NCBI GenBank assembly: GCA_903908245.1
Contig: CAIVRE010000030.1
Location: 11,857-75,856, forward strand
Direction: 5' to 3'
Origin: Candidatus Omnitrophota bacterium
GTDB taxonomy: Bacteria > Omnitrophota > Gorgyraeia > Zapsychrales > Fredricksoniimonadaceae
DNA length: 64,000 nt
Positions 37,188 through 48,530 of this stretch are shown in pieces. A program made the position numbers and the translations under genes. The notes under the pieces are model-generated. The model searched no databases, was not told where the DNA came from, and worked only from the letters and a program-made list of their open reading frames with translations. The stretch's first letter is position 1, and every line of letters begins with the position of its first letter.

Positions 37188-39119
37188 TTATTTATCATCC
37201 TTTACTTCAAAGTCGGCATCAATAACGCCGTCGCGTTTCTTGGGGCCGTCAGACTTCGGCTCTTCCTTGGGCTGATCCGGCTGGCCCTGCCCGGCACCGG
37301 CCGCATCCGGCCCCGCCCCGCCGCCTTCGGCCGCCCCGGCTCCGCCGGCCTGCGCAGCCGTGGCTTTATACATTTCCTCGGCCAATTTATGGCTGGCCTT
37401 GGTAAGCGCTTCCGTCGCGGTCTTGACGCGGTCCGCGTTCTTGTCCTTGACCGCCTGCTTGAGCGCTTCAAGCTCCTTCATGATCTCCTCACGCTCGGCC
37501 TGCGGCACCTTGTCGCCGTAATCCTTGAGCGCTTTCTCCGTCGAATAAACAAGGGTGTTCGCCTGGTTGACCATCTCGGCTTCTTCCTTGCTCTTCTTGT
37601 CCTGCTCGGCATATTTCTCGGCGTCTTTGACCATCTTCTGGATCTCTTCCTCGGACAATTTCTTGGGGGACGTGATCTGAATGGACTGCTCTTTCCCTGT
37701 AGCCTTATCCTTGGCGTGCACATGCACGATCCCGTTCACGTCGATATCAAAGGTCACCTCGATCTGCGGAACCCCGCGCGGAGCAGGCGGAATACCCACC
37801 AGGTCAAAACGGCCCAGCTCGACATTGTCATTGGACATCTGGCGCTCACCCTGCAGGACGCGGATCGTGACCGCGGGCTGATTGTCTTCTGCCGTTGAAA
37901 ATACATTGCTCTTCTTGGTCGGGATGGTCGTATTGCGTTCGATCATCTTGGTCATGACCCCGCCCATTGTCTCGATCCCGAGCGTCAGGGGCGTCACATC
38001 CAAAAGAAGCACATCTTTCACATCCCCCTTGATGATCCCCGCCTGGACCGCGGCCCCGAGGGCCACGCACTCCATCGGGTCGATCCCGCGCTCGATCTTC
38101 TGGGCAACCTCTTTCTCCACGAAATCCTGAACGATCGGCATGCGGGTAGGCCCACCGACCATGATGATCTTGTCGACTTTCACTTCTGTCCCGAGCTTGG
38201 CCGAGGCATCTTTCATCGCCTGACGGATAGGTCCGCGGCAACGTTCCACAATAGGGCCGACCAGGGATTCCAGTTTCGCGCGGTCAAGGGTCAGGGCCAA
38301 ATGCCGCGGGCCGGAAGCGTCCGCCGTAATGAACGGAAGGTTGACCTCGGTCTGGACCGTGCTGGAAAGCTCAACCTTGGCTTTTTCCGCCGCTTCACGC
38401 AAACGATGGAACGCCATCTTGTCCTGCGAAAGGTCAATGCCGCTTTCCTTCTTGAACTCATTGACGATATGCCCGATCAGCGCATTATCCATGTCTGTGC
38501 CGCCGAGCAAATTGTCGCCGCTGGTGGAAAGGACCTCAAAGGTCCCGCCTTCGCCCATCTCGAGGATGGTCACGTCCAGCGTACCGCCGCCAAGGTCGAA
38601 CACCATGATCTTCTGTTCCTTGCCGGCCTTGTCGATCCCGTAAGCCAGGCACGCGGCCGTCGGCTCATTGATGATCCGCATGACCTTGAGGCCCGCGATC
38701 TCGCCCGCATCCTTCGTGGCCTGGCGCTGATTGTCATTGAAATACGCCGGGACCGTGATGACCGCGCCATCAACCGTATCACCCAAATACTTCTCGGCAT
38801 CCGCCTTAATCTTCTGCAGGATGAACGCCGATACCTGCTGGGGCGTGAATTCCTTGCCCATCACATTGAATTTATGGTCGGTCCCCATCTTGCGCTTGGC
38901 GGCATAAATCGTGCCCTGGGAATTCACCGCGGCCTGACGGCGCGCCGGTTCACCCACCAGGCGCTGGTCATCCTTGGTGAACGCCACAAAAGAAGGGAAC
39001 GCCTTGCCCGAAGCCACGCCGGCGCCTTCCGCCGACGGAATGATCACCGGACGGCCGCCTTCCATGACTGCCGCCGCTGAATTTGATGTGCCTAAATCGA
39101 TACCTATGAACTTTGCCAT
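37188..39119 (-). CDS. dnaK: molecular chaperone DnaK (Hsp70)
   Basis: [22 protein letters not shown]...; full Hsp70 signature regions. Confidence 0.97.
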   Translation of the reverse strand: MAKFIGIDLGTSNSAAAVMEGGRPVIIPSAEGAGVASGKAFPSFVAFTKDDQRLVGEPARRQAAVNSQGTIYAAKRKMGTDHKFNVMGKEFTPQQVSAFILQKIKADAEKYLGDTVDGAVITVPAYFNDNQRQATKDAGEIAGLKVMRIINEPTAACLAYGIDKAGKEQKIMVFDLGGGTLDVTILEMGEGGTFEVLSTSGDNLLGGTDMDNALIGHIVNEFKKESGIDLSQDKMAFHRLREAAEKAKVELSSTVQTEVNLPFITADASGPRHLALTLDRAKLESLVGPIVERCRGPIRQAMKDASAKLGTEVKVDKIIMVGGPTRMPIVQDFVEKEVAQKIERGIDPMECVALGAAVQAGIIKGDVKDVLLLDVTPLTLGIETMGGVMTKMIERNTTIPTKKSNVFSTAEDNQPAVTIRVLQGERQMSNDNVELGRFDLVGIPPAPRGVPQIEVTFDIDVNGIVHVHAKDKATGKEQSIQITSPKKLSEEEIQKMVKDAEKYAEQDKKSKEEAEMVNQANTLVYSTEKALKDYGDKVPQAEREEIMKELEALKQAVKDKNADRVKTATEALTKASHKLAEEMYKATAAQAGGAGAAEGGGAGPDAAGAGQGQPDQPKEEPKSDGPKKRDGVIDADFEVKDDK

Positions 39120-39166
39120 ATCATGCCCCTTTTTATATTATTAAAAATTTAATCCTTGATCACGCG

Positions 39167-39724
39167 TTAATTCCTCTTTGAAACCTTCACCTTGGCCGTG
39201 CGTACGACGCGGCCATCCATAATATAACCCTTCTGGAACACTTCCAGGACCGTCCCGTCATCGACATCGTCCGACTCGACCGCCATGAGCGCTTCATGGC
39301 AGGTATGGTCGAATTTCTTCCCCGCAGCGTCGATCTCAGTCACGTCATATTTCTTGAGAAGTTCCTGCATCCTTTTTAAGACCATCTCGACACCCTTTAA
39401 CAACGACGATCCTTCCGCAGGATTCGCGCGCGCAGCCGTTACCGAACGCTCAAAATCCTCATAAAACCCGAGCATCTCAATAATAACTTCCTCATGAGCA
39501 TATTTGATAAGCTCCGCGCGTTCACGTTCATGGCGCTTGCGCATATTGTCAAACTCGGCGAACAGGCGGATATATTTATCTTTGGCTTCGCCCAACTCTT
39601 GTTGAAGCTTTTCGATTTCAGTGACGACCGGAGTATTGTCTATTTGCCGGGCCGACACAAGGTCGGCCCCTACGCCAACGTCATTCAATCCCGCATCATT
39701 CGCTTTTTCGTCTGCCATAATCAA
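39167..39724 (-). CDS. grpE: nucleotide exchange factor GrpE
   Basis: GrpE coiled-coil and C-terminal domain motifs (YIRLFAEFDNMRKR...). Confidence 0.9.
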   Translation of the reverse strand: MIMADEKANDAGLNDVGVGADLVSARQIDNTPVVTEIEKLQQELGEAKDKYIRLFAEFDNMRKRHERERAELIKYAHEEVIIEMLGFYEDFERSVTAARANPAEGSSLLKGVEMVLKRMQELLKKYDVTEIDAAGKKFDHTCHEALMAVESDDVDDGTVLEVFQKGYIMDGRVVRTAKVKVSKRN

Positions 39725-40452
39725 TCCAACTCTCTCATCAATTCCGACACATATTCAAGGGCCGAGACCACCCGCGCGTAATCCATCCTGGTCGAACCCA
39801 ATACCGCAATATGCCCGGCCGCACCGCCGCGGGTCTTGAAATGCGATACCGCCATGGCACAGTCATCAAAATCCACGCACGCTGTTTCCTGGCCGATATA
39901 GATCTTTATTCTTTTATCCAGGTCCCGGCGCAACACCTCCAGGATCCGCTCTTTTTCTTCCAACGCCTTTAAAATACACGCCATCTTGCGCAATCCCTGC
40001 GCGCCCACCGCCTCTGCCAGATAATTAGTGCCGCGGAACGAATAGGTCCGCGGATAACCCTCAAGGGTCACAATGCTCGCGCAATGCGTAAGGTCCGATA
40101 TCACCGCGGAAGTGCGCTCCATCAAAGATACCAGCTCCCGCACCCCCTGCTCGTATTCCCGCTGGATACAACGGCGCTCTTCTTCCACCAGCGCGATCTC
40201 CCTCATCAGAAAATCAACAAAGTACCGGTACCCGCGCTGGGTCGGGATCCGCCCCGCCGAAGTATGCGGATGCATCAGATAACCATCAGACTCCAGGTCC
40301 GCCAGAATATTACGGATGGTCGCGGAACTGATACCGTCCTCATAACCGTCCGCGATGAACGCCGAACTTACCGGCGTATCCGTACGGATATACTGCTGGA
40401 CCACCATCGTCAGGACAACATCTTTGCGCTGCTGTTGATTGGCACGAACCAT
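39721..40452 (-). CDS. hrcA: heat-inducible transcription repressor HrcA (short, 243 aa)
   Basis: N-terminal winged helix (VVQQYIRTDTPVSSAFIADGYEDGISSATIRNILADLESDGYLMHPHTSAGRIPTQRGYRYFVD); first gene of the hrcA-grpE-dnaK-dnaJ arrangement. Confidence 0.85.
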   Translation of the reverse strand: MVRANQQQRKDVVLTMVVQQYIRTDTPVSSAFIADGYEDGISSATIRNILADLESDGYLMHPHTSAGRIPTQRGYRYFVDFLMREIALVEEERRCIQREYEQGVRELVSLMERTSAVISDLTHCASIVTLEGYPRTYSFRGTNYLAEAVGAQGLRKMACILKALEEKERILEVLRRDLDKRIKIYIGQETACVDFDDCAMAVSHFKTRGGAAGHIAVLGSTRMDYARVVSALEYVSELMRELD

Positions 40453-40465
40453 ACAAACATCCTTT

Positions 40466-40492
40466 TTGGCACTCTTGACGCCTCTTTGCTAG
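40466..40492 (-). promoter_or_regulatory. degenerate CIRCE-like operator (minus-strand CTAGCAAAG-N9-GAGTGCCAA) between promoter and hrcA start
   Basis: One half matches CIRCE GAGTGCTAA 8/9; the other half (CTAGCAAAG vs TTAGCACTC) 6/9; correct 9-nt spacer and position. Confidence 0.45.
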
Positions 40493-40498
40493 CGCGAG

Positions 40499-40527
40499 AT
40501 TATAAAAAAAAGAACGCATAATGTCAA
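40499..40527 (-). promoter_or_regulatory. consensus sigma70-type promoter for the hrcA operon: TTGACA-17-TATAAT
   Basis: Minus strand: ttgaca (40522-40527), 17-nt spacer, tataat (40499-40504); ~45 nt upstream of the hrcA ATG. Confidence 0.7.
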
Positions 40528-40550
40528 ATGCTGTTACAACGCGTTCTTCG
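40503..40550 (-). terminator. possible intrinsic terminator of the MORN-repeat gene (8-bp stem AAGAACGC/GCGTTCTT, 23-nt loop, U-tract), overlapping the hrcA promoter
   Basis: Inverted repeat aagaacgc (40510-40517) / gcgttctt (40543-40550) followed on the minus strand by an 8-nt T run; loop is large, so weak. Confidence 0.35.
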
Positions 40551-41574
40551 CCCCTCCCGTCTCGCTGAAAAAATACTGGTCGCTCTTCACTTTTCCCGAC
40601 GGAAAGTATTCGACCCTCCGCGCGAGCCGGCCGGCCTCGTAAGTCTCTTCCGCGGCCAGGACCCCCGCGCCATCGTAAACTTTAAAAACACCGGAACGCT
40701 CGTTATCCTTGAAAGGCCCTTCACATTTAAGCTGGCCGTCTTCAAAATATTCCCGCCCGACACCTTCTTTACTGTCCATCCTGACAGGGACAAGCCAATG
40801 GACCGCGCCGCCCTCATAATATTCACGCCAGGCCGGATCATCCATCCTTCCGGCGGTATAATTCGTTTTGACCCGCAGCTTGCCGCTCTTGTAAAAGATC
40901 TTTACAGGGCCGCTCAAAGCATCGTTCTCATAAAAACCTTCGTTCTGCAACTCACCCGTCGGAGAATATTCCCGGCCAACCCCGCTGCGAATTCCATCGG
41001 AAGACCGATAAACGCCCTTAAGGTTCCCGTCGGGGGTGAATTCACGGATACGGCCGTACTGCACGCCGTTGCGGTAATCGTATTCGCGATAAACCCCGCC
41101 CGAACTGAAATATTTCTTGGTCAGCCCGTCCTCCTGGTTATGGCGGTACTGGCGCTCAAAGACCAGCACACTGTCCTCGGAATATTCACGGACGATGCCC
41201 TCTTTCCAGCCGGCAACGAACGGCTCCTCCCTCATGATCCGCCCGCTCGGATAATAACTCGTCACAAGCCCGTGAAGCACGCCATCGCGGTAGAAGGACT
41301 TGACCTTGGGCTTGCCATCGGGATAATATTCCATCAGCAGCCCGTTAAGCTTGCCGTTAAGGTACGTCCCGCTCAAATGCAAGAGACCGTCGGGATAGAA
41401 AGCACGGAACCGTCCGTGGGCCACCCCCAACTGATATTCGACCGTCCGCGCCAGCACGCCCTTGTCATCAAATTCATCATAGAACCCGTCCTTCATGGCC
41501 TGGGCCGCGAACAACGGCGCATCAATACCGGCGATGAAAAGCCCAAGGACAAAAATGACATCATGTTTACGCAT
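40534..41574 (-). CDS. exported MORN-repeat (MORN_2/YwqK-like) protein
   Basis: Signal peptide MRKHDVIFVLGLFIAGIDAPLFAA, then >10 repeats of the Y..G.L.G....YY.NG..K pattern. Confidence 0.7.
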   Translation of the reverse strand: MRKHDVIFVLGLFIAGIDAPLFAAQAMKDGFYDEFDDKGVLARTVEYQLGVAHGRFRAFYPDGLLHLSGTYLNGKLNGLLMEYYPDGKPKVKSFYRDGVLHGLVTSYYPSGRIMREEPFVAGWKEGIVREYSEDSVLVFERQYRHNQEDGLTKKYFSSGGVYREYDYRNGVQYGRIREFTPDGNLKGVYRSSDGIRSGVGREYSPTGELQNEGFYENDALSGPVKIFYKSGKLRVKTNYTAGRMDDPAWREYYEGGAVHWLVPVRMDSKEGVGREYFEDGQLKCEGPFKDNERSGVFKVYDGAGVLAAEETYEAGRLARRVEYFPSGKVKSDQYFFSETGGAKNAL

Positions 41575-41616
41575 GACAGCATTCTAACAAACCGGCAATG
41601 CAATTCAAACCGATTT

Positions 41617-43724
<2,108 letters not shown>

Positions 43725-43725
<1 letters not shown>

Positions 43726-44435
43726 TATTTTACTTCTACTTTCTGCGCCGCATCTTTCTTCGAGGCGGCTTCTTTCTTGTTAACAGTGACGATCAAAACC
43801 CCGTTATCATACCTGGCTTGCACGCCATCAGACATCGCGTCTTTCGGCAACGGGATCCTCCGGGAGAAATACCCGAAACTCCGCTGCTGGCGATACACTT
43901 TACTCCCCTGGCTGGCCTCGGCCTCGGACGACCTTTCTCCGGAAACCAAGAGGACGCCCTCTTTCACTTCCACATTGATCTTGGCCTTATCCATCCCCGG
44001 CATATCAAACGTAATGATATACGCCTGGCCGCTTTCCTTAATATCATAATCCGGACTAAATGCGCCCAGACTATTGCGCGCCCTGGGCATCATGCCCGTT
44101 CCGGGAGCGAACTGCCCCATCATGGCCTGCATATTCTGCTCCATTGCATCCATCATGACAAAAGGATCATAACTATATCCAACGGATCCTGCCGGATTCA
44201 CTGAATATGATGTCCCCACAGAAGCCGCCACAGGAACGCCAGGACCACTTTGCGCACCAAGCTTCTGTTCCAGCACCTCGATCTTGCCCTGCAATGCCGC
44301 GACCTGGTCCTTCAATGCGACAACCTCATCCTTATCCGGCGCTGCCTTTCCCAATGACGCATGAACTGGCGTCGATGACAACAACAGAACTCCGGTTAAG
44401 ACGGCCACCATCGCGACTGACGAATCCCGTTGCAT
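43725..44435 (-). CDS. Hsp20/alpha-crystallin small heat-shock protein with N-terminal signal peptide and coiled-coil linker (predicted exported)
   Basis: Start [27 protein letters not shown], preceded by AAGGAGG SD 5 nt upstream. C-terminal ACD ([30 protein letters not shown]...[12 protein letters not shown]). The longer ORF-track start (44492) lacks an SD. Confidence 0.75.
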
Positions 44436-44506
44436 AAACCCCTCCTTGTTAAATTCCCTTACTTTCTTTTCCTTAATTATCCTTACCTTCACGGTACATC
44501 ACTTGT

Positions 44507-44977
44507 TTACCGCACATCGATCCTGATCTGTTTGGGTTTTGCCTCTTCCTTCTTGAGCACCGATAACTCAAGGACCCCGTTCTCGAACTTCGCACTCACT
44601 TTCTGCGCGTCAACACTTGACGGTAAAGTAAACGCCCTGTAAAACGAACCATAATACCGCTCGGACCGCAACACATCTGCCTCCGGATTCTCCAACTCGG
44701 GCTTCTTCTCTCCCTGGACCGTAAGGACATTATTCTCAATGGAAACATTGATATCGTCTTTCCTGATCCCCGGCAATTCCACTTTTACCACCACACCGTC
44801 CTTGTTATCAATCACATCCACGGCCGGCGACCATCCGCCTGTCAGTAAAGAAACGTCATCATCTCCCCTGCCGGGGATCGACGCCTCAAGGAACCGGTTC
44901 AGGTCACGATGGAACCTCTGCATCTCGAACAAAGGGCTTTTCCACGCTGCATTTTGTTTTTGTAGAAAAAATGACAT
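44507..44977 (-). CDS. Hsp20/alpha-crystallin small heat-shock protein (IbpA-like)
   Basis: ACD motifs (VDVIDNKDGVVVKVELPGIRKDDINVSIENNVLTVQGEKK...AKFENGVLELSV); AGGAGG SD 6 nt upstream. Confidence 0.9.
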   Translation of the reverse strand: MSFFLQKQNAAWKSPLFEMQRFHRDLNRFLEASIPGRGDDDVSLLTGGWSPAVDVIDNKDGVVVKVELPGIRKDDINVSIENNVLTVQGEKKPELENPEADVLRSERYYGSFYRAFTLPSSVDAQKVSAKFENGVLELSVLKKEEAKPKQIRIDVR

Positions 44978-45034
44978 AACACACCTCCTGATTTGAATGT
45001 TAATGATTGGTCGTGATCAAAACTGAAATCTTTT

Positions 45035-45061
45035 CCAGCACTCAATCGCCGTGAGTGCTAA
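45035..45061. promoter_or_regulatory. CIRCE operator (HrcA site) upstream of the hsp20 genes
   Basis: Minus strand reads TTAGCACTC-acggcgatt-GAGTGCTGG (left half 9/9, right half 7/9 to TTAGCACTC-N9-GAGTGCTAA); 58 nt upstream of the hsp20 start. Confidence 0.8.
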
Positions 45062-45078
45062 GCATCAATCAAAAAAAA

Positions 45079-45363
45079 TTAATGCCGAGGGGCTTCCATC
45101 TCAAGAATCACTTTGACACCGCTGATATTGACCCGGCGCTCTTCCATTAAATAACGCACATACGTCAGCCGCCGGATCTGAACCTGCGAATAACAGCGCG
45201 TACGCACGCCAACGCGCTGAGGACTGACCACGCCCATCTCGTCAAGCTTGCGCAAGGTCCAGATCGGGACCCCGACCATATCGGACGCGACGCCTATCAC
45301 AAAGAGCGGAGCCTGCGGATCGATCGGAACATCAAAATCGTTCAGATTTCTTTCTGTCCGCAT
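45079..45363 (-). CDS. hspR: MerR-family heat-shock repressor HspR
   Basis: PLFVIGVASDMVGVPIWTLRKLDEMGVVSPQRVGVRTRCYSQVQIRRLTYVRYLMEE matches the HspR HTH region. Start set at MRTERN because the upstream ATG lies inside the -10 element. Confidence 0.8.
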   Translation of the reverse strand: MRTERNLNDFDVPIDPQAPLFVIGVASDMVGVPIWTLRKLDEMGVVSPQRVGVRTRCYSQVQIRRLTYVRYLMEERRVNISGVKVILEMEAPRH

Positions 45364-45368
45364 ATTGC

Positions 45369-45421
45369 CCTCTTGACCTCCACTGAAAAGCATAATACAA
45401 GCTCATCACTTTGTCAAGAGG
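45369..45421 (-). promoter_or_regulatory. hspR promoter (TTGACA-17-TATGCT) bracketed by a perfect 9-nt inverted repeat CCTCTTGAC...GTCAAGAGG (candidate HspR operator)
   Basis: Minus strand: ttgaca (45412-45417), 17-nt spacer, tatgct (45389-45394). IR half-sites at 45369-45377 and 45413-45421, overlapping the -35 and the RBS. Confidence 0.6.
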
Positions 45422-45455
45422 AACTTATCAAAAAAATTAGATTATCTAATCGCCA

Positions 45456-46697
45456 TCATCCGTTCTTGAACTGCTCCGCGCGATGCGCCGGCACACGCGC
45501 CTGCAAATGAATACCGTCAGCGCCGTATTCCTCTAATATGACATCGCCTTCCTGATGGGCCAAACGCACCAGGTCCATCCGGTCCATCGGCAGCACCACA
45601 TCCACTTCAATGACCTGCTCGGCAAGATGATCTTCCACAAGGCTCAAGAGCGCGCCGATATTCAACTGGGACGATGCCGATATCTCGACCGTGTTCTCGA
45701 ACTTGCGATGAGCATCGACAATAATACTTTTATCCGCCACCTGGTCGATCTTGTTAAGCACAAGGATCGTCGGCTTCTTGAGCGCGCCGATCTGCTCAAG
45801 CACATGATCGACCGATGTCTTAAAGTTCAGGTATTCCGGATTGCTGACATCCAGCACATGCAACAAAAGATCCGCGCCCTGGACTTCTTCGAGCGTTGCC
45901 TTGAACGCCTCGATCAGATTGTGCGGCAAATCATGCATGAACCCAACAGTATCGGAAAAAACAACCTGCTGCCGGTTCGGCAGGCTGCACTGGCGCGCCA
46001 GCGAATCAAGCGTGGTAAAAAGGCCGTCCCTGGTGACCGCGTGCGCATCGGTCAGCGTATTGAGTAATGTCGACTTCCCTGCATTCGTATACCCGACGAG
46101 CGAGATGAGAGGGATATACCGCCCCTGACGCTTCTTGCGTTTCACCTGGCGCGACCGGGTCACATCCTCCAGGTCTTTCTTGATCCTGTCCACCCGCTGT
46201 TCGATCCGCCGGCGGTCAGTCTCGAGCTTTGTTTCGCCGGGGCCGCTGGTCCCGATGCCGCCGCCCTGCCGTGAAAGAGCCTCATAATTCCCCGACAGGC
46301 GCGGCAAACGATATTGCAGCTGCGCCAGCTCGACCTGCAGCTTCCCCTCGAGCGATATGGCACGGCGGGCAAAGATATCCAGGATCAGCTGCGTGCGGTC
46401 AAACACCCTTGCGCCCAAAGCTTCTTCCAGCTCACGCTGTTGGCGTCCTTTAAGTTCAGCACTGAAAATGACCGTATCAGCCTCAAGGACCGGCACCAAT
46501 GCCGCGATCTCCTGGACCTTGCCCTTGTGGATCAGCGTTGCCGCTTCCGGCGGATGCGCGGGGCACATCACCTTGCCCGCCACCTCCCCGTTACACGCCT
46601 TGACCAGCTCCTCCATCTCATAGGCTGTCTGATGCAAAGGCCACGGACTCCTCTCTTTAAAATCAACGATCGCCAGCAATACACGTTCTTTTTTCAT
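45456..46697 (-). CDS. hflX: GTPase HflX
   Basis: HflX N-terminal domain, then G-domain (GYTNAGKSTLLNTL, DTVGF). Confidence 0.9.
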   Translation of the reverse strand: MKKERVLLAIVDFKERSPWPLHQTAYEMEELVKACNGEVAGKVMCPAHPPEAATLIHKGKVQEIAALVPVLEADTVIFSAELKGRQQRELEEALGARVFDRTQLILDIFARRAISLEGKLQVELAQLQYRLPRLSGNYEALSRQGGGIGTSGPGETKLETDRRRIEQRVDRIKKDLEDVTRSRQVKRKKRQGRYIPLISLVGYTNAGKSTLLNTLTDAHAVTRDGLFTTLDSLARQCSLPNRQQVVFSDTVGFMHDLPHNLIEAFKATLEEVQGADLLLHVLDVSNPEYLNFKTSVDHVLEQIGALKKPTILVLNKIDQVADKSIIVDAHRKFENTVEISASSQLNIGALLSLVEDHLAEQVIEVDVVLPMDRMDLVRLAHQEGDVILEEYGADGIHLQARVPAHRAEQFKNG

Positions 46698-47599
46698 ACA
46701 AGAGCACTCCATTTGATCCGTTGATCTTTACGAAACCAGGTCATTTGCCTTTTGATATAATGACGCGTATGAAGCTTCATCAACTCTACGGCCTTTTCTT
46801 CCCCGTATTCACCGTCAAGGAACCCCTTCACTTCGGGGATCCCGATCAGCCTCGCAGCGCTGGATGACAGCTTCCGTGCCATCAACCCGCGCACCTCGTC
46901 CACCAGCCCCGCCGCGAACATGGCGTCCACCCGCGCTTCCGCCCGGGCATACAGCTCCTCACGCGGCCGTTCAAGCCCGATGAGCGCGATCGGCTGTTTT
47001 CCCCAAAGCCCGTCGCGCGTTCTCTGCAACCGGGAGATCGGAATGCCGGAAGCCTCGAAAACCTCCAGCGCCCGGACAATGCGCACCCGGTCGTTGGCAT
47101 TGATCTTCGCCGCGGCGTCAGGATCAACCTCTCCCAGCCGCCGATAGAGCACACCCAGTCCCTCATGCCCGGCACGTTCAAGCAGTGCCTCCCGCACCCC
47201 ATCCGGCACCGGAACAGATTCAAACATCCCGTCGAGAATGGCCGCCATATACATCCCGCTGCCGCCACATACGACCGCCTTGCGCTTGCGCCTTACGATA
47301 TCCTCGATCGCGGCGACCGCCAGCACCCGGTATTTGGCCGCATTAAAATCTTCTTCCACCGAAACCACGTCCAGAAGATGATGCGGCACGGCGGCGCGCA
47401 TGAACGCGGATGGCTTGTCGCTGGCAATATCGACCTCGCGGTAAACCTGCATCGCGTCGCAGGAAACGACCTCACCGTTCAGGCGACGGGCCGCCTCGAA
47501 CGCGAACGCGGATTTCCCGACAGCCGAAGGCCCGACCAGGAACACAATATCATTTTCAGACAAGGACCGTTGAAGGAAAGCGGAGAAAGTATCGTCCAT
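46694..47599 (-). CDS. miaA: tRNA dimethylallyltransferase MiaA
   Basis: P-loop GPSAVGKS, CDAMQVYREVDI. Confidence 0.9.
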   Translation of the reverse strand: MDDTFSAFLQRSLSENDIVFLVGPSAVGKSAFAFEAARRLNGEVVSCDAMQVYREVDIASDKPSAFMRAAVPHHLLDVVSVEEDFNAAKYRVLAVAAIEDIVRRKRKAVVCGGSGMYMAAILDGMFESVPVPDGVREALLERAGHEGLGVLYRRLGEVDPDAAAKINANDRVRIVRALEVFEASGIPISRLQRTRDGLWGKQPIALIGLERPREELYARAEARVDAMFAAGLVDEVRGLMARKLSSSAARLIGIPEVKGFLDGEYGEEKAVELMKLHTRHYIKRQMTWFRKDQRIKWSALV

Positions 47600-48381
47600 T
47601 AAGGATAGATCAGGGTTGGATAACCCAGGCCGGAAAGTTTCTGCTCCAGCTCCAGGGCGTCTTTAAGTGCGGTCAACTGTCCCGCGCGCACGCGATAATA
47701 CTGCCGGCCCTCGGGCGAACGGGTCTCGACGATATACGCGTACTCCTTGCGGTCCAGAAGCTCTTTCATCAGCTTCTCGGCGCGCGACTTGTCGTTGAAC
47801 GACCCCACCTGGACGGCAAAATACTGTTTTTCTTCCAGAAGGCCGCGGGCAATATCAGCCTCGAAACTCTCCGGATATTCGCTGATGATCTTCTGCAAAA
47901 ACTCGCGGGCCTTGTTCCAGCGCGCCAGCTTGAGGTTCACGCGCGCAGCCTTCAAATAAATAAGTCCCATCTGCTCCGAATCGCGGCGCTTCCCCATCAA
48001 AGAAGTAACTTCTTTTAAAGCGCTTTCGTATTGCCCCTGCATGTAAAGCGCGTCGATGACCCCCACCGAGGCCTTGTCATAAATATCGATAGCCGGGCGT
48101 TCCGACAAAAGCTTCCTGAAGATCTCATACGCCTTGGGATATTCTGCCAGGCGTAAATGGCTCAACCCCAGGTAATATTCAACCTCGGCCGACCGGGACC
48201 GGGACAGGTGCTGCCCGAGCAGGTCTCTGGCAAGAGTGTTCGCGCCCTTGAAATCCTCCTGGATGATCGCGGCCTTGAGGTCGGCCAGAGGATCCGTCGC
48301 GGCGTAAAGGGGCGTAACGGCAGAGAACAGCGTTAACAACAGAAAGAAATATCGCATATAAGATTGCAACCTAAATATCAT
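47599..48381 (-). CDS. exported TPR-repeat protein with C-terminal SPOR (peptidoglycan-binding) domain
   Basis: Signal peptide, TPR-like repeats, C-terminal YFAVQVGSF...YYRVRAGQL SPOR pattern. Confidence 0.7.
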   Translation of the reverse strand: MIFRLQSYMRYFFLLLTLFSAVTPLYAATDPLADLKAAIIQEDFKGANTLARDLLGQHLSRSRSAEVEYYLGLSHLRLAEYPKAYEIFRKLLSERPAIDIYDKASVGVIDALYMQGQYESALKEVTSLMGKRRDSEQMGLIYLKAARVNLKLARWNKAREFLQKIISEYPESFEADIARGLLEEKQYFAVQVGSFNDKSRAEKLMKELLDRKEYAYIVETRSPEGRQYYRVRAGQLTALKDALELEQKLSGLGYPTLIYP

Positions 48382-48530
48382 GTTACAAGTCCATTAAAAC
48401 GGATCAGGTTAAATTGTATCGTCAGCGCCCCTGGTGTCAACGCAAATAAACCCCGCGTCATTTCCTTCTTACAGGATCGCCATCCCGGGCCCAAAAAACC
48501 GACAGAGGTGGCCACCCTATTGATTGACGA

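Noticed and set aside
45391-45393. Upstream ATG as the hspR start (ORF-track start 45393)
   Set aside because: That ATG lies inside the predicted -10 hexamer (TATGCT), so it would not be in the transcript. The downstream in-frame ATG (45363) has an AGAGGG/GGAGG SD.
48490-48530. GGTGGCCACC palindrome + T6 run downstream of the macro/Nudix gene as an intrinsic terminator
   Set aside because: The palindrome can only form a ~3-bp stem, too weak to call. It may still be part of a promoter/terminator region for the miaA/SPOR operon.
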